DNA of 64,000 bases from Candidatus Parcubacteria bacterium (GCA_019661865.1 JAIFWJ010000001.1:110809-174808), one strand, 5' to 3'; positions 27,833 to 37,343 are shown, counted from the first letter of the stretch. The notes: a model not told the origin generated them from the sequence alone. Translations and numbers: made by a program.

Positions 27833-28315
27833 CTAACTATTGGTTGAGTTAAGTATATACTTCGGGACAATTCCAAGAGCCATGTACTCTTCTTGGAGTT
27901 CTTTGGGCAAGATGAAGAAATTCCTCACTACCTTTCTACAGTTCTTACTTCCACAGTTACATTTCATCTTCCAAATATCATCTTTACCAATTATGGTTGA
28001 GTAATCCATGACCAGTTCTTGGCCAATTTGAATTGGTGTAATTGCAAACAGCTCTAAATTACTCCCCGTCTTCCTTACTCCACAGTTTGGACTGCATGAA
28101 TGATTCAAGAAGTCTCCTATTTCTCCTTCGGGACTTAAGTACATTTCTGGGCCAAATCTAAAAGCATTATCTCCAATTTTTCCACCAATTTTAAATAACT
28201 TAGACCAGTGGTAGACCTTACCTTTAATTATAAAAAGCTTTTGTTTCGACCTAAATTCTCGTAAAGCAAAAATGCCTCTACCACTCCTGGCATCTCTTAC
28301 CTCTAAGCCCCTCAT
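27833..28315 (-). CDS. SET-domain protein (putative lysine methyltransferase)
   Basis: NHSCSPNC, ELVMDY and post-SET Cys cluster CNCGSKNC. 4-nt overlap (ATGA) with the alaS stop. Confidence 0.8.
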   Translation of the reverse strand: MRGLEVRDARSGRGIFALREFRSKQKLFIIKGKVYHWSKLFKIGGKIGDNAFRFGPEMYLSPEGEIGDFLNHSCSPNCGVRKTGSNLELFAITPIQIGQELVMDYSTIIGKDDIWKMKCNCGSKNCRKVVRNFFILPKELQEEYMALGIVPKYILNSTNS

Positions 28316-29934
28316 TCCAAGACTGCTTTAATGCGTCTCACTCCAGCTGACACGGCTTCTTCTTTCTGAATTTTAAATTTCCCAAGCTCGCTTGTATTAG
28401 ATACATGTGGACCACCGCAGAATTCCTTCGAATAAGCATGTTCCATGGAGTCTCCTATATAGTAGACACTGATCTCATCACCATACTTGTCGCCGAAGAA
28501 GTGCAGGGCACCTGTCTTCTCCGCCTCTGCCTTAGGTAGTATTACTCTATTTACTGGCAATGCTTCACTTATTTTCTCGTTTACAATTTCTTCTACTCTT
28601 TTCTTCTCCTCATCTGTCATCTTACGAGGGAAGGCGAAGTCGAAGCGCAGTCTCTCTGGAGTAATATTACTCCCCTTCTGACTCACATCATGCCCCAACA
28701 CATCGCGTAGAGCCTGATGGAGCAAATGTGTAACCGTGTGATACTGAACTTCCTTATCCGAGTGCCCGGCAAGACCACCTTTGAACTTGGCCTCCATGCC
28801 TCTGCGAGACATTTCTTGATGTTTTTTAAATCTTTCTTCGAAATCTTTTTCGTTAATCTCGATCCCCTTTTCTTTAGCAAGTTCCTTGGTGAGCTCAAGA
28901 GGGAATCCGTAAGAAGTGAAAAGTACAAAAGGGTCGCGACCCTTCTCAAACTCTTTAAGTCCCGCGTCCAGTGTCTCCTTAAATTTATTTGTCTCTGTTT
29001 CAAATACAGACCAGACTTCGTTTAAATTAAATTCATAAAAATCTTTATAACTTAAGTGATTTACCACTGCTTCTACAACCGGCTTCAAATCCCTTTGGTA
29101 CACAAATGCGCGTCTTATGAGTCGTCTTAGAACATATCCTCGTTCAGAATTTGACGGTCTGACTCCGTCAGAAATCATAAATACTGCACTTCGTACATGG
29201 TCAGCCACTATTCTAGATTTAGCTACGCTTAAAATTGAGACGAATAAATCTGTATCGAAAACTGTCTGTACTTCTTGTGAGACCATGGCGAGCCTTTCAA
29301 GCCCCATGCCAGTATCTATGCCTTTTATATCAAGTGGACGGAGAGTCTTGTCAGCGCTCTGATAAAATTCGTTGAAGACAATGTTCCAGATCTCGATACC
29401 GTCCACATATATTTCTGTCGTGGGACCACAAGGTCCCTCAGTACCTGTTGGTCCCCAGAAGTTATCTGCACGACCGAAAGCTCGAACACGAATACTTGGG
29501 TCAATAGATTTCCAAATTCTCTCAGACTCTTCATCCTTAGGCACTCCTTCTTCTCCCTCAAATATTGTGACGTAGTCAATCTTAAGACCCATTACTTCTG
29601 TGACGAACTCGTGTGCGTACTCTATAGCCTCCTTCTTCCAATATCCGCCGAAGCTGAAGTTACCGAGCATTTCAAAAAAAGTTAAGTGTCTCTCGTCTCC
29701 TACTTCTTCTATGTCAGAAGTTCGAACTGACTTCTGCACAGATACAGTGTTCTTAGAACCGAAATCTGACATAGGATCCTTCACTCCTAAGTAGTACGGC
29801 TTGAACTGCTGCATGCCGGCCGTGGTGAAGAGTACTGACGGGTCGTCGGTGACAAGCGGAGACGAAGGCACAACCTTGTGTCCCTTACCCTCGAAAAATT
29901 CTAAAAATTTCTGTCGTATTTCTCGTGATTCCAT
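28312..29934 (-). CDS. alaS: alanyl-tRNA synthetase, short form lacking C-Ala domain
   Basis: N-terminal catalytic domain (…FTTAGMQQFKPYY…). Editing-domain HxxxH (HLLHQALRDVLGH) and CGGPHV motifs. Ends after the editing domain at 540 aa. Confidence 0.85.
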   Translation of the reverse strand: MESREIRQKFLEFFEGKGHKVVPSSPLVTDDPSVLFTTAGMQQFKPYYLGVKDPMSDFGSKNTVSVQKSVRTSDIEEVGDERHLTFFEMLGNFSFGGYWKKEAIEYAHEFVTEVMGLKIDYVTIFEGEEGVPKDEESERIWKSIDPSIRVRAFGRADNFWGPTGTEGPCGPTTEIYVDGIEIWNIVFNEFYQSADKTLRPLDIKGIDTGMGLERLAMVSQEVQTVFDTDLFVSILSVAKSRIVADHVRSAVFMISDGVRPSNSERGYVLRRLIRRAFVYQRDLKPVVEAVVNHLSYKDFYEFNLNEVWSVFETETNKFKETLDAGLKEFEKGRDPFVLFTSYGFPLELTKELAKEKGIEINEKDFEERFKKHQEMSRRGMEAKFKGGLAGHSDKEVQYHTVTHLLHQALRDVLGHDVSQKGSNITPERLRFDFAFPRKMTDEEKKRVEEIVNEKISEALPVNRVILPKAEAEKTGALHFFGDKYGDEISVYYIGDSMEHAYSKEFCGGPHVSNTSELGKFKIQKEEAVSAGVRRIKAVLE

Positions 29935-29955
29935 GTGTGAAAATATATCAGAAAG

Positions 29956-29983
29956 TAAACAAAAAAGCCTGCCCCGGCAGGCT
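29956..29983 (-). terminator. rho-independent terminator between hypothetical gene and alaS
   Basis: Minus strand AGCCTGC-CGGG-GCAGGCT followed by TTTTTTGTTT. Confidence 0.6.
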
Positions 29984-29995
29984 GACCAGAATCGT

Positions 29996-30304
29996 TTATG
30001 ATCCTCCTTGAGTCTTAGGCACCTTACGGGGGCTCACAGCAGTCTCTAGAACCTTGAAGGCTTGAAGTGGAGTGTTTTTCAGTAGAACATCGTTCAGGTC
30101 ATTCATGTGTTCTTCATCCATGATCTCCTGAAGACGAGTGCTGGCTCGAGAGATCTGATCAATTCTTTTTTTAGCTCTCTCGGCGATCTCCTTGTCTGGC
30201 CTGACTAACATTATTCTCAAGTTACCCAAGTCTTTTCTTGCCTTTTCAAGTAATTTCCGAGCCTTTCCCACTGTGATAGGTACTTCTGACTTCTTTTGAG
30301 TCAT
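29996..30304 (-). CDS. hypothetical coiled-coil protein
   Basis: Start placed at internal MTQKKSEV… preceded by a GGGGGA SD-like sequence. No motif recognised. Confidence 0.4.
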   Translation of the reverse strand: MTQKKSEVPITVGKARKLLEKARKDLGNLRIMLVRPDKEIAERAKKRIDQISRASTRLQEIMDEEHMNDLNDVLLKNTPLQAFKVLETAVSPRKVPKTQGGS

Positions 30305-30355
30305 ATATCCCCCAGGTTTGTCTAACCTCAAATTAACACAAAAATTGACCTAAGT

Positions 30356-30946
30356 CTATACCAATGTTTTTAAAATTTTGAAATCCTCTTTCAGAAGCTC
30401 CCGAGTACTTCCGTTATAAAGTGCCACAGCTGGGTGGTAGAGGGGAACGACCTTCACACTTTGTCCTTCTACTTCTGTATCGAAAACTGTTCCATGTAGC
30501 TTACTTATAGGTCCAAGTTCGAAGTCGAGTCCGTATCTATTCATAATGTACTGCATGGAGAAGCGACCAAGAGTAGCTATGACCTTCGGCTTTATAATAC
30601 CAATCTGTCTGTCTAAATAAGGTGCGTACTCTGCTATCTCGTCTGGTTGTGGGTCTCTATTCTTGGGCGGCCTGTCCTTCACAATATTAGTTATATACAC
30701 ATCCTCACGCTTGATTCCCACTCCCTCTAGTAACTCATTTAAAAATTGTCCTGCACGGCCCACGAAGGGTCTCCCGGTCTTAGCTTCATTCTCTCCTGGT
30801 GCCTCACCGATAAATATTATTTCTGCATCATGCGACCCTTCTCCAAGTACTGGAAAGTACTTGCCCTCTCGCCTCATATCTGCAAGTCTCCCCTTCATCG
30901 CCACCACTTCATCCTTAATCTTTCTAAGTTCATCAGTCTTAGACAT
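30356..30946 (-). CDS. uracil-DNA glycosylase, family 4
   Basis: GEAPGENEAKTGRPFVGRAGQFL matches the family-4 UDG motif GEAPGxxExxxGxPFVGxAGxLL. Confidence 0.85.
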   Translation of the reverse strand: MSKTDELRKIKDEVVAMKGRLADMRREGKYFPVLGEGSHDAEIIFIGEAPGENEAKTGRPFVGRAGQFLNELLEGVGIKREDVYITNIVKDRPPKNRDPQPDEIAEYAPYLDRQIGIIKPKVIATLGRFSMQYIMNRYGLDFELGPISKLHGTVFDTEVEGQSVKVVPLYHPAVALYNGSTRELLKEDFKILKTLV

Positions 30947-30969
30947 AGACCAATTCTATCAAAATGATG

Positions 30970-31686
30970 CTAGAACGGGAGCGTTTCAGTCTCTGGCACA
31001 CTTTCAAATATCATGCGCTTATATACGGCTCGGACAGTCTCTACGTCTCGTTTGCAGTAATTACAAATATCTTCTAACTTCCCCGCTTTGAAAAATTCAT
31101 TTACCTGGCTACCATCTATCCCTTCCTTTGGTGTCGGTATGCCGAGAGCAAGTGCAATGTGCTCGATGCTTTTATTGTTCCACTTGTCTACCCAGTGTGA
31201 CCATTCCCACATGGTGTCGTAGACTGGACAACTTGTGTACCTGGCAAAGTCTAGAAACTTAACACCCGGTGGAAGCCTAAACTTACTTTCTCCCGGTTCT
31301 ATGGTGATCTTCCATGTGGGCTTCACTCCTAATATAACTGAGCGTTGCATGATGAAAGGAAGATCGAAGTCGCGGATGTTATGTCCCACAAGTAAGTCTG
31401 CCTTCGCTGCAATGTCCCAGAACTGTATTAGCATTTTTCTCTCGTTCTCAGGCCCTGAGATAGCTTCTACCCTATCATCATTCATGGCGAATCCGATGCA
31501 ACAGATTCTTCCGTAGGTACCGTCCGTCCCCGTGCCATCCCAGAATTCTTCAAATGTCTGCGCTTCCACAGCTGGATCTCTCTTCTGTTTCTTTGTCACT
31601 TTCTTCTCGTGTAAAAGACGGAGCGTCTTTTCATGTACCCCATCTGCTGGGAGTGTTTCTATATCAAAATAAAGTTTATTGACCAT
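30970..31686 (-). CDS. DEDD-family 3'-5' exonuclease (RNase H-like fold)
   Basis: Exo I-like YFDIETLP, Exo II-like VGHNIRDFDLPF, and Exo III-like …YCKRDVE. Confidence 0.6.
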   Translation of the reverse strand: MVNKLYFDIETLPADGVHEKTLRLLHEKKVTKKQKRDPAVEAQTFEEFWDGTGTDGTYGRICCIGFAMNDDRVEAISGPENERKMLIQFWDIAAKADLLVGHNIRDFDLPFIMQRSVILGVKPTWKITIEPGESKFRLPPGVKFLDFARYTSCPVYDTMWEWSHWVDKWNNKSIEHIALALGIPTPKEGIDGSQVNEFFKAGKLEDICNYCKRDVETVRAVYKRMIFESVPETETLPF

Positions 31687-31696
31687 TGGTCAGAAT

Positions 31697-32111
31697 CTAG
31701 TCCTGCTTCTTGTACTCCTCAATCTTTATCATCATGTGCTCAATAAGAAGGAGGATGCTAAATACGAAGAGCGTAGCAATTGTAGCAAATATAGCCAGTA
31801 TTGATAAACGTGGTGAGACCAGAGAGCCTGGAGTCCTTGAAGACTATTACTCCACCGCAAAGGAAACCTATGCCCATGATAACTCCCGCTGCAGTACGCA
31901 TAGGGTCAAATGTGTATCCGCCTGTCTCTGGTATGACTATACGGGAAATAAGTATAAAGAGGCAGGATCCCATGGAGACCAGAGCGTAAGTTCTCATGCC
32001 AGCGGTCTTACCTGCAAATGTGCGCTCGATCCCAAGACACGCTCCCAAGATAAGAGCCAGGAGTAAATTTGTAAACGGTACCAAGTTACTGGTTGTATCT
32101 AAAATATTCAT
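31697..32111 (-). pseudogene. MgtC/SapB-family membrane protein, apparently frameshifted near its 3' end
   Basis: MgtC N-domain signature (…LGACLGIERTFAGKTAGMRTYALVSMGSCLF…GLTT). The annotated frame ends at 31758 in …CYNCYALRI. The adjacent frame continues as LAIFATIATLFVFSILLLIEHMMIKIEEYKKQD to a TAG at 31697, a plausible final TM helix. Confidence 0.45.
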
Positions 32112-32116
32112 GAGTC

Positions 32117-32950
32117 TTAAAGTTCACTGATTTCTTGTAAAACTTTCTCCACTCTATCTTTACCCAGAACTGTTTCAAGTATTACTGGATTTTCTACAAG
32201 TGAGGAACAGAGGACTGTACCAGAAGTTAAGATTTCTTTCTTCTCTACTGATGTAAGAGAACTCAAGCATGTGAGTGGATGCAGATGCTCTTCCACAATC
32301 ATATCCTGGAGATTACCCTTCTCCGGATAGTTCCATCCTATCATGGTTAAGTTCATGCAGACTCCGTAATGTATAGCGGTTGAGGAAAACTTGGTGTTAG
32401 TGATGAGCCAACTTTCATTTACCGGTCTGTTCATACCACCGTAGTTATAAACATTTTCTTTAAGGTCATCGAAGCGAGCCTTCACATATAGTGCTACCTT
32501 GAGGTCCGACTTGCTGCCGAGCTCATTGTGGAACTTGGCTTCAGCCATGAGGAGCTTCTTATCGTTCCATGCCACCACATCAATCTCATGAGGCACGCAG
32601 CCGCCAAGTACATTTTGCCGAGTTAAGGTCTGGTAGCCCTTGGCCTTGAGAATTTCTGCTACGAAGTCCTCGAATGGGAAACCAGATGGACCAAGGTCTA
32701 GGAGAGCGCGGCGGATAGAATATCTGTAAGCAACTGGCTTCTCATGCTCATGGAGGAGCCTAAAGGCCTTGGAGTATATCTCCGCCGTAGGCATGTCATT
32801 GTGGAGACTCTCTAAAATGTTCTGCATCACTGATTCCACCGACTCTGTATCAGCACCAGAACGCATGAGTGATGAGCGCAACTTCTCCGGCTCGAAGACC
32901 TCTCTTTTACCTGTAGCCTTGATAACAGTAAACTGCACTCCGTTTGTCAT
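32117..32950 (-). CDS. ATP-cone domain fused to PD-(D/E)xK (Mrr-like restriction endonuclease fold) nuclease
   Basis: N-terminal VIKATGKREVFEPEKLRSSL (ATP-cone). Central …PHEIDVVAWNDKKLLMAEAKF (D…E-x-K nuclease core). Confidence 0.55.
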   Translation of the reverse strand: MTNGVQFTVIKATGKREVFEPEKLRSSLMRSGADTESVESVMQNILESLHNDMPTAEIYSKAFRLLHEHEKPVAYRYSIRRALLDLGPSGFPFEDFVAEILKAKGYQTLTRQNVLGGCVPHEIDVVAWNDKKLLMAEAKFHNELGSKSDLKVALYVKARFDDLKENVYNYGGMNRPVNESWLITNTKFSSTAIHYGVCMNLTMIGWNYPEKGNLQDMIVEEHLHPLTCLSSLTSVEKKEILTSGTVLCSSLVENPVILETVLGKDRVEKVLQEISEL

Positions 32951-33007
32951 CAGACTAGTATAACAGTGTTCATTTATAAAAATATCCCCAACAAACTGTT
33001 GAGGACA

Positions 33008-33961
33008 TTACTTGGCATCTAACTTCCGACGGATATCGAGAACAGCTGTTTCTAGCTTGTTATCAGAGCCAATTTTTTCTGCCTTGGCAATGATCTCGTT
33101 CACGGCACTGGGCCCTTCAATCTGGCCGAGAGCACGGAGTTCGAGCCGTTGTTTGACTAGCTCAAGTGGCACAAGCCTTTCGAAGACTGGTCGTAGAGCT
33201 TCAAGAAGAATACTTCGCGACTCTTCTCTGACCAGATCAACTCGACCTTGGAGCTTACGTAAGCGAGTCTCGTATTCTATGTCGGAAAAATGAGCTTCTG
33301 CCTTCGGGATGAATGTTTCAACCTCCCGAAAGAATCTCAAAGCAGCCTGCTGATCACCTTCAAGCTCAGCGTAGAGCTTCTTATACTTCTCTACCTCAAG
33401 TTGTGCCTCATCTGCTAAACTACGGGCACCTGGGTCATACGTCTGATCAAAACGCTCCTGCCAGTATCTTAGAATCGTGCGTGCTTCATTGAGCTCCAGC
33501 TTGATCTTGTTCATCTGGCGCACCACTTGTGACCTTTCACCTTCGACACTGTCCTTGGCCGCCATAATTACGCTCTTCTGTTTTTCAAGAATGAGCTTTA
33601 GGATAGCGGCTGTGTCAGGTTCTGGTACTGGGTCCTGAACAAAGTTTTGAATTTTCTTCCTGCGGATTTTCATCAAAAGAAAGGCACGCAACGTCCAAGT
33701 TGTAAGGATTCCGGCAACAGTTCCTACTAAAGCCAGCAATAAACTGTTTTTACTGTAATCAACCCCTGGCAAAAGTAGAAAGGTAATACCTATTCCTAGC
33801 AAGCATGATGCAAGAAGGGCTCTAATTGAGTCACCTAACGCTTGAACAAAGCTGAGTGGTTGAGGTTGTATTCTGACAAAGACAGACTTGGGAGTCACGT
33901 CTTTGATTACTTCTTGAATCCGTTTATCGAGTTCTCGATCATCAAGCTCAAATAACCACAT
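33008..33961 (-). CDS. hypothetical membrane protein with two TM helices and long coiled-coil
   Basis: Hydrophobic hairpin around residues 50-100, then a K/E-rich helical region. No motif recognised. Confidence 0.45.
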   Translation of the reverse strand: MWLFELDDRELDKRIQEVIKDVTPKSVFVRIQPQPLSFVQALGDSIRALLASCLLGIGITFLLLPGVDYSKNSLLLALVGTVAGILTTWTLRAFLLMKIRRKKIQNFVQDPVPEPDTAAILKLILEKQKSVIMAAKDSVEGERSQVVRQMNKIKLELNEARTILRYWQERFDQTYDPGARSLADEAQLEVEKYKKLYAELEGDQQAALRFFREVETFIPKAEAHFSDIEYETRLRKLQGRVDLVREESRSILLEALRPVFERLVPLELVKQRLELRALGQIEGPSAVNEIIAKAEKIGSDNKLETAVLDIRRKLDAK

Positions 33962-34028
33962 GTTGTAGCTCCTAGCGAATGTGAACTAATGTGAAGGTTC
34001 GTCTTGACTATTTATATAACTAATTATG

Positions 34029-35117
34029 CTAGTTGTCAATCACACCTCCACCTAGACATTCTTCACCCGCGTAAAATACTAGTGACTGTCCAGGAGCGGC
34101 TGTGTGTGGATCTTTGAAAATTACTTTGTCTCCTTTAACTTGGATCGGAAATCTCTCTTGTCTGTAGCGGATTCTAGCTTCGAGGTCCTTAGTATCAGGT
34201 TCTAGCTTACTTACCCAATTCAACTTCTCTAGTCTCACAGATGTCGGAGATGCTGAATTTATTTCTTCTGGATTATCCGAGACAGTTATAGTGTTTCTCT
34301 CTATGTCCTTAGAAATTATATAATGTGGTTTCCTCTTAGAATTCTTCTCGAATATTTCAAAGCCGTGCCTCTCACCGAGTGTGTAGAGTAATGCGCCATT
34401 GTGCGTTCCTATAACTTCACCAAGTGTATTTAGAACTTGTCCATGTTTAGTACTTATATAGTGAGATAGAAATACTTCAAGATCCACTTGGCCTAAGAAA
34501 CATATTCCCTGACTGTCCTTCTTCTCTGCTACAGGCAGATCGAACTTATGGGCAAGCTTCCTCACCTCGCTCTTCTCATATCCACCAACGGGGAAAAGTG
34601 TATGTGATAAGTCCTCCTGTGTGAGGGTCCATAGGAAGTAACTCTGATCCTTTTCCTTATCATCACTCTCATGAAGCGAGAATTGATCAGAAGTTTTTCT
34701 GACAATTTTCGCGTAATGACCTGTCGCAATATAATCTGCGCCCATCTCGCGGGCCTTCTTCCAGAATGCACCGAACTTAATCTCGCGATTACACATCACA
34801 TCCGGGTTCGGAGTTCTGCCACGCTTGTATTCTTCAATCATATAATCCGCCACACCCTTCTTATACTCCTCTTCGAAATCGAAAAAGAGAAATGGAATCT
34901 TCAAATGTGCTGCCACACGCATGGCGTCTCTTCTCTCTTCTCTCCATGTGCACGGTAAGAAGTCCGGCTGCCAGACCTTTATAAATACTCCTGTGACATC
35001 GTAACCCTGTGTCTTAAGAAGCGCAGCGGAGACTGCACTATCTACTCCACCAGAAAGACCCACAAAGACTTTTTTCGGGCTAGAGATACTTCTGGATATT
35101 TGCGACATGTTCTTCAT
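34029..35117 (-). CDS. mnmA: tRNA-specific 2-thiouridylase MnmA
   Basis: PP-loop VFVGLSGGVDSAV. NPDVMCNREIKFGAFW. Confidence 0.9.
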   Translation of the reverse strand: MKNMSQISRSISSPKKVFVGLSGGVDSAVSAALLKTQGYDVTGVFIKVWQPDFLPCTWREERRDAMRVAAHLKIPFLFFDFEEEYKKGVADYMIEEYKRGRTPNPDVMCNREIKFGAFWKKAREMGADYIATGHYAKIVRKTSDQFSLHESDDKEKDQSYFLWTLTQEDLSHTLFPVGGYEKSEVRKLAHKFDLPVAEKKDSQGICFLGQVDLEVFLSHYISTKHGQVLNTLGEVIGTHNGALLYTLGERHGFEIFEKNSKRKPHYIISKDIERNTITVSDNPEEINSASPTSVRLEKLNWVSKLEPDTKDLEARIRYRQERFPIQVKGDKVIFKDPHTAAPGQSLVFYAGEECLGGGVIDN

Positions 35118-36081
35118 GAGTTTTGGCGTAGTGCATATTACCCTTTTTGTCGCTTAAAAAGTAGAGATACGAGGTGCTAGTTGGATTAATAGCCGCATCG
35201 AGTGCAACTAGGCCTGGGTTTCCTATGGGGGTTGGTGGTAATCCTCTGTATTTATACGTGTTATACGGAGTGTCGAGTTCCAGATCAGACTGAGTAAGTT
35301 CACTACTTGCTTTATAAACAATGTATCCAAGTGTGGCATCAACCTGAAGTGGCATACCCAGGTTAATCCTCTTCCATAAGATCCCTGAAACAATTTTCAT
35401 ATCAGTCTCAGTCTTGGCTTCTGCTTCTAGTATTGATGCCATGGTTACTAAGTCACTCTTGGTGTGTCCCGAGGCAAGAATCTTACTTTCAAGTGGTTTA
35501 ATCTTTTTATCGAATGTTTCTTGGAAGAATTTTGAGGTGGAGGAAGCGGTGGTATTTACTCCGACGAAGTATGTGTCAGGAAATAAGTAACCTTCTGGTG
35601 AGTGTCTCTCGAAGTATGAGTGATCGAAGAAGACAAACTTTTTATCAAAAAGATTTGAGATTTCTTTCACGGTTAGTCCTTCAGGAATTGTAATCTTTAT
35701 CGTCTCAATGTCGTGCTTACCGTTTACCATCCTCCAAGCTAGGTGCCAGACACTCTCTGGACCTCCAAGGTAGTAGTCTCCTGCCTTAATGCTTTTCTCC
35801 CCGCCTAACGCGATAACCACACTTCTAAACCAGACTGCGGAGCGTATGGCATGACTTTCTTTAAGTGTGTTAGAAAGTTCTAGGAGTCCTGCGCCTTCAC
35901 GCAGGGTGACGATAGAATTCTTGGGGAAATTTCTCGGTGCAGTAGCTGTAAATGTATAAACAACAGCTATAACGATTATCAAGATAGAAATATAGAGCCT
36001 CGGATCACGCCTGAACTTCTGCCAAGACGCATGAATATGATCGAGTGCAAGGCTCGCACCGTTAAATATAGGGTTCTGCAT
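35080..36081 (-). CDS. mltG: endolytic murein transglycosylase MltG (YceG family)
   Basis: N-terminal TM. YNTYKYRGLPPTPIGNPG signature. Confidence 0.85.
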   Translation of the reverse strand: MQNPIFNGASLALDHIHASWQKFRRDPRLYISILIIVIAVVYTFTATAPRNFPKNSIVTLREGAGLLELSNTLKESHAIRSAVWFRSVVIALGGEKSIKAGDYYLGGPESVWHLAWRMVNGKHDIETIKITIPEGLTVKEISNLFDKKFVFFDHSYFERHSPEGYLFPDTYFVGVNTTASSTSKFFQETFDKKIKPLESKILASGHTKSDLVTMASILEAEAKTETDMKIVSGILWKRINLGMPLQVDATLGYIVYKASSELTQSDLELDTPYNTYKYRGLPPTPIGNPGLVALDAAINPTSTSYLYFLSDKKGNMHYAKTHEEHVANIQKYL

Positions 36082-37323
36082 TTATATAGGTAAGTTTGAA
36101 GGTGCTTCAGCTTTCTTCGAAGGTATGCGAGAGAGCGTAGGGGTAGCTGCCACCTCGCCTGGGAAGTGGTAGATAGTTGCGAGCTCTTCTACAGACATGA
36201 CGAAAGGTTTACTCTTATAATTTTTAAATGGTCGTTCGAAAAAGGCTCTTCGTTTATAAGCTTCCAAGTATTTAAGCTCTGACTCCTTCCTATCTCTTCC
36301 GAATGGATCTTGCCATGGATATTCAGAAGCGATATTTCCTTGTGGTCTGAAGCCATTTAAGCTTGGGGATCCGAACTGGCTAATGCTTCCAATCAGCCCT
36401 CCAATGTTTGTCGGATTAAATGCTTCCTTCTCAGCGAAGTAAGTAGCCCGGATCATAGTATCAAATGCTGTCTTACCTGCATTTCTTTCTATAGCCACAA
36501 TGACATCTCTTTGTCCTTGACTCAGATGTTTGGTTGAGTCTAAGGTTTTATCCTCGGCAGGTTTAAGAAGTCCTTTCTTTAAAATTTCTTTTATCTCTTT
36601 CTCTACACCTCCTTTCCAGTCCGGCTTTACGAATATTCTGCCGAGTTTGAGCCCCTCCTTAGCATGAGCACGGATAAGTATCTGAATCCAAACTTGCTCC
36701 CCTCTCTTTAAAGAACCCAGAAATTCTAATACAGAAACTATAGGATCAATTTTAAACTCCTCATCAGGATTCTTATCGAGGCCATAATCAATGTAAGTCT
36801 TTATGGGATATGCTTCTGCTTTAGTGGGAATGAAGTTACTAAACCAGCCGAAGGTCAGTTTTTCTGGATTACGCTCTACTCCGAGTGAGTAGTCAGCCAC
36901 TTCATGTACTTCTACATTGGGAAACTGTGCATAGAGCTGGGCCTCAGTCCTGTTTCTCAATCCCTTGTGACACCACAAGAAGAAATGGACATTTCCATCT
37001 ATAGATACAAGTTCGAGCGAGTACCACACACGTACCTGACCCTTGATATAGACGTTTATAAGACTGCCCGCTGCTGAGTTATATAAGTTACTTAAGAAAA
37101 GTTCCATGGCTGCCGGAGACTTGGTCATCTCACGCGGCAGGCGGATCTCCAACAAGACTGAACCTTGAGTCTTGATCCATTCTCTGCGCTTCCAAGTAAG
37201 CCAAACGTCGAAGGCAATCATAACGAAGAGCATTGGAATCCAGAAAGGACTTGAAACCTTGGCCGCATGCAGAACTGTATGTACTGCTCCAGTATTAAAT
37301 GCAGCCAGAAACGCTTCTTTCAT
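36082..37323 (-). CDS. hypothetical membrane-anchored protein
   Basis: 413 aa with an N-terminal TM. No family motif recognised. Confidence 0.45.
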   Translation of the reverse strand: MKEAFLAAFNTGAVHTVLHAAKVSSPFWIPMLFVMIAFDVWLTWKRREWIKTQGSVLLEIRLPREMTKSPAAMELFLSNLYNSAAGSLINVYIKGQVRVWYSLELVSIDGNVHFFLWCHKGLRNRTEAQLYAQFPNVEVHEVADYSLGVERNPEKLTFGWFSNFIPTKAEAYPIKTYIDYGLDKNPDEEFKIDPIVSVLEFLGSLKRGEQVWIQILIRAHAKEGLKLGRIFVKPDWKGGVEKEIKEILKKGLLKPAEDKTLDSTKHLSQGQRDVIVAIERNAGKTAFDTMIRATYFAEKEAFNPTNIGGLIGSISQFGSPSLNGFRPQGNIASEYPWQDPFGRDRKESELKYLEAYKRRAFFERPFKNYKSKPFVMSVEELATIYHFPGEVAATPTLSRIPSKKAEAPSNLPI

Positions 37324-37343
37324 AATTTAATTGTACAGCCTAT

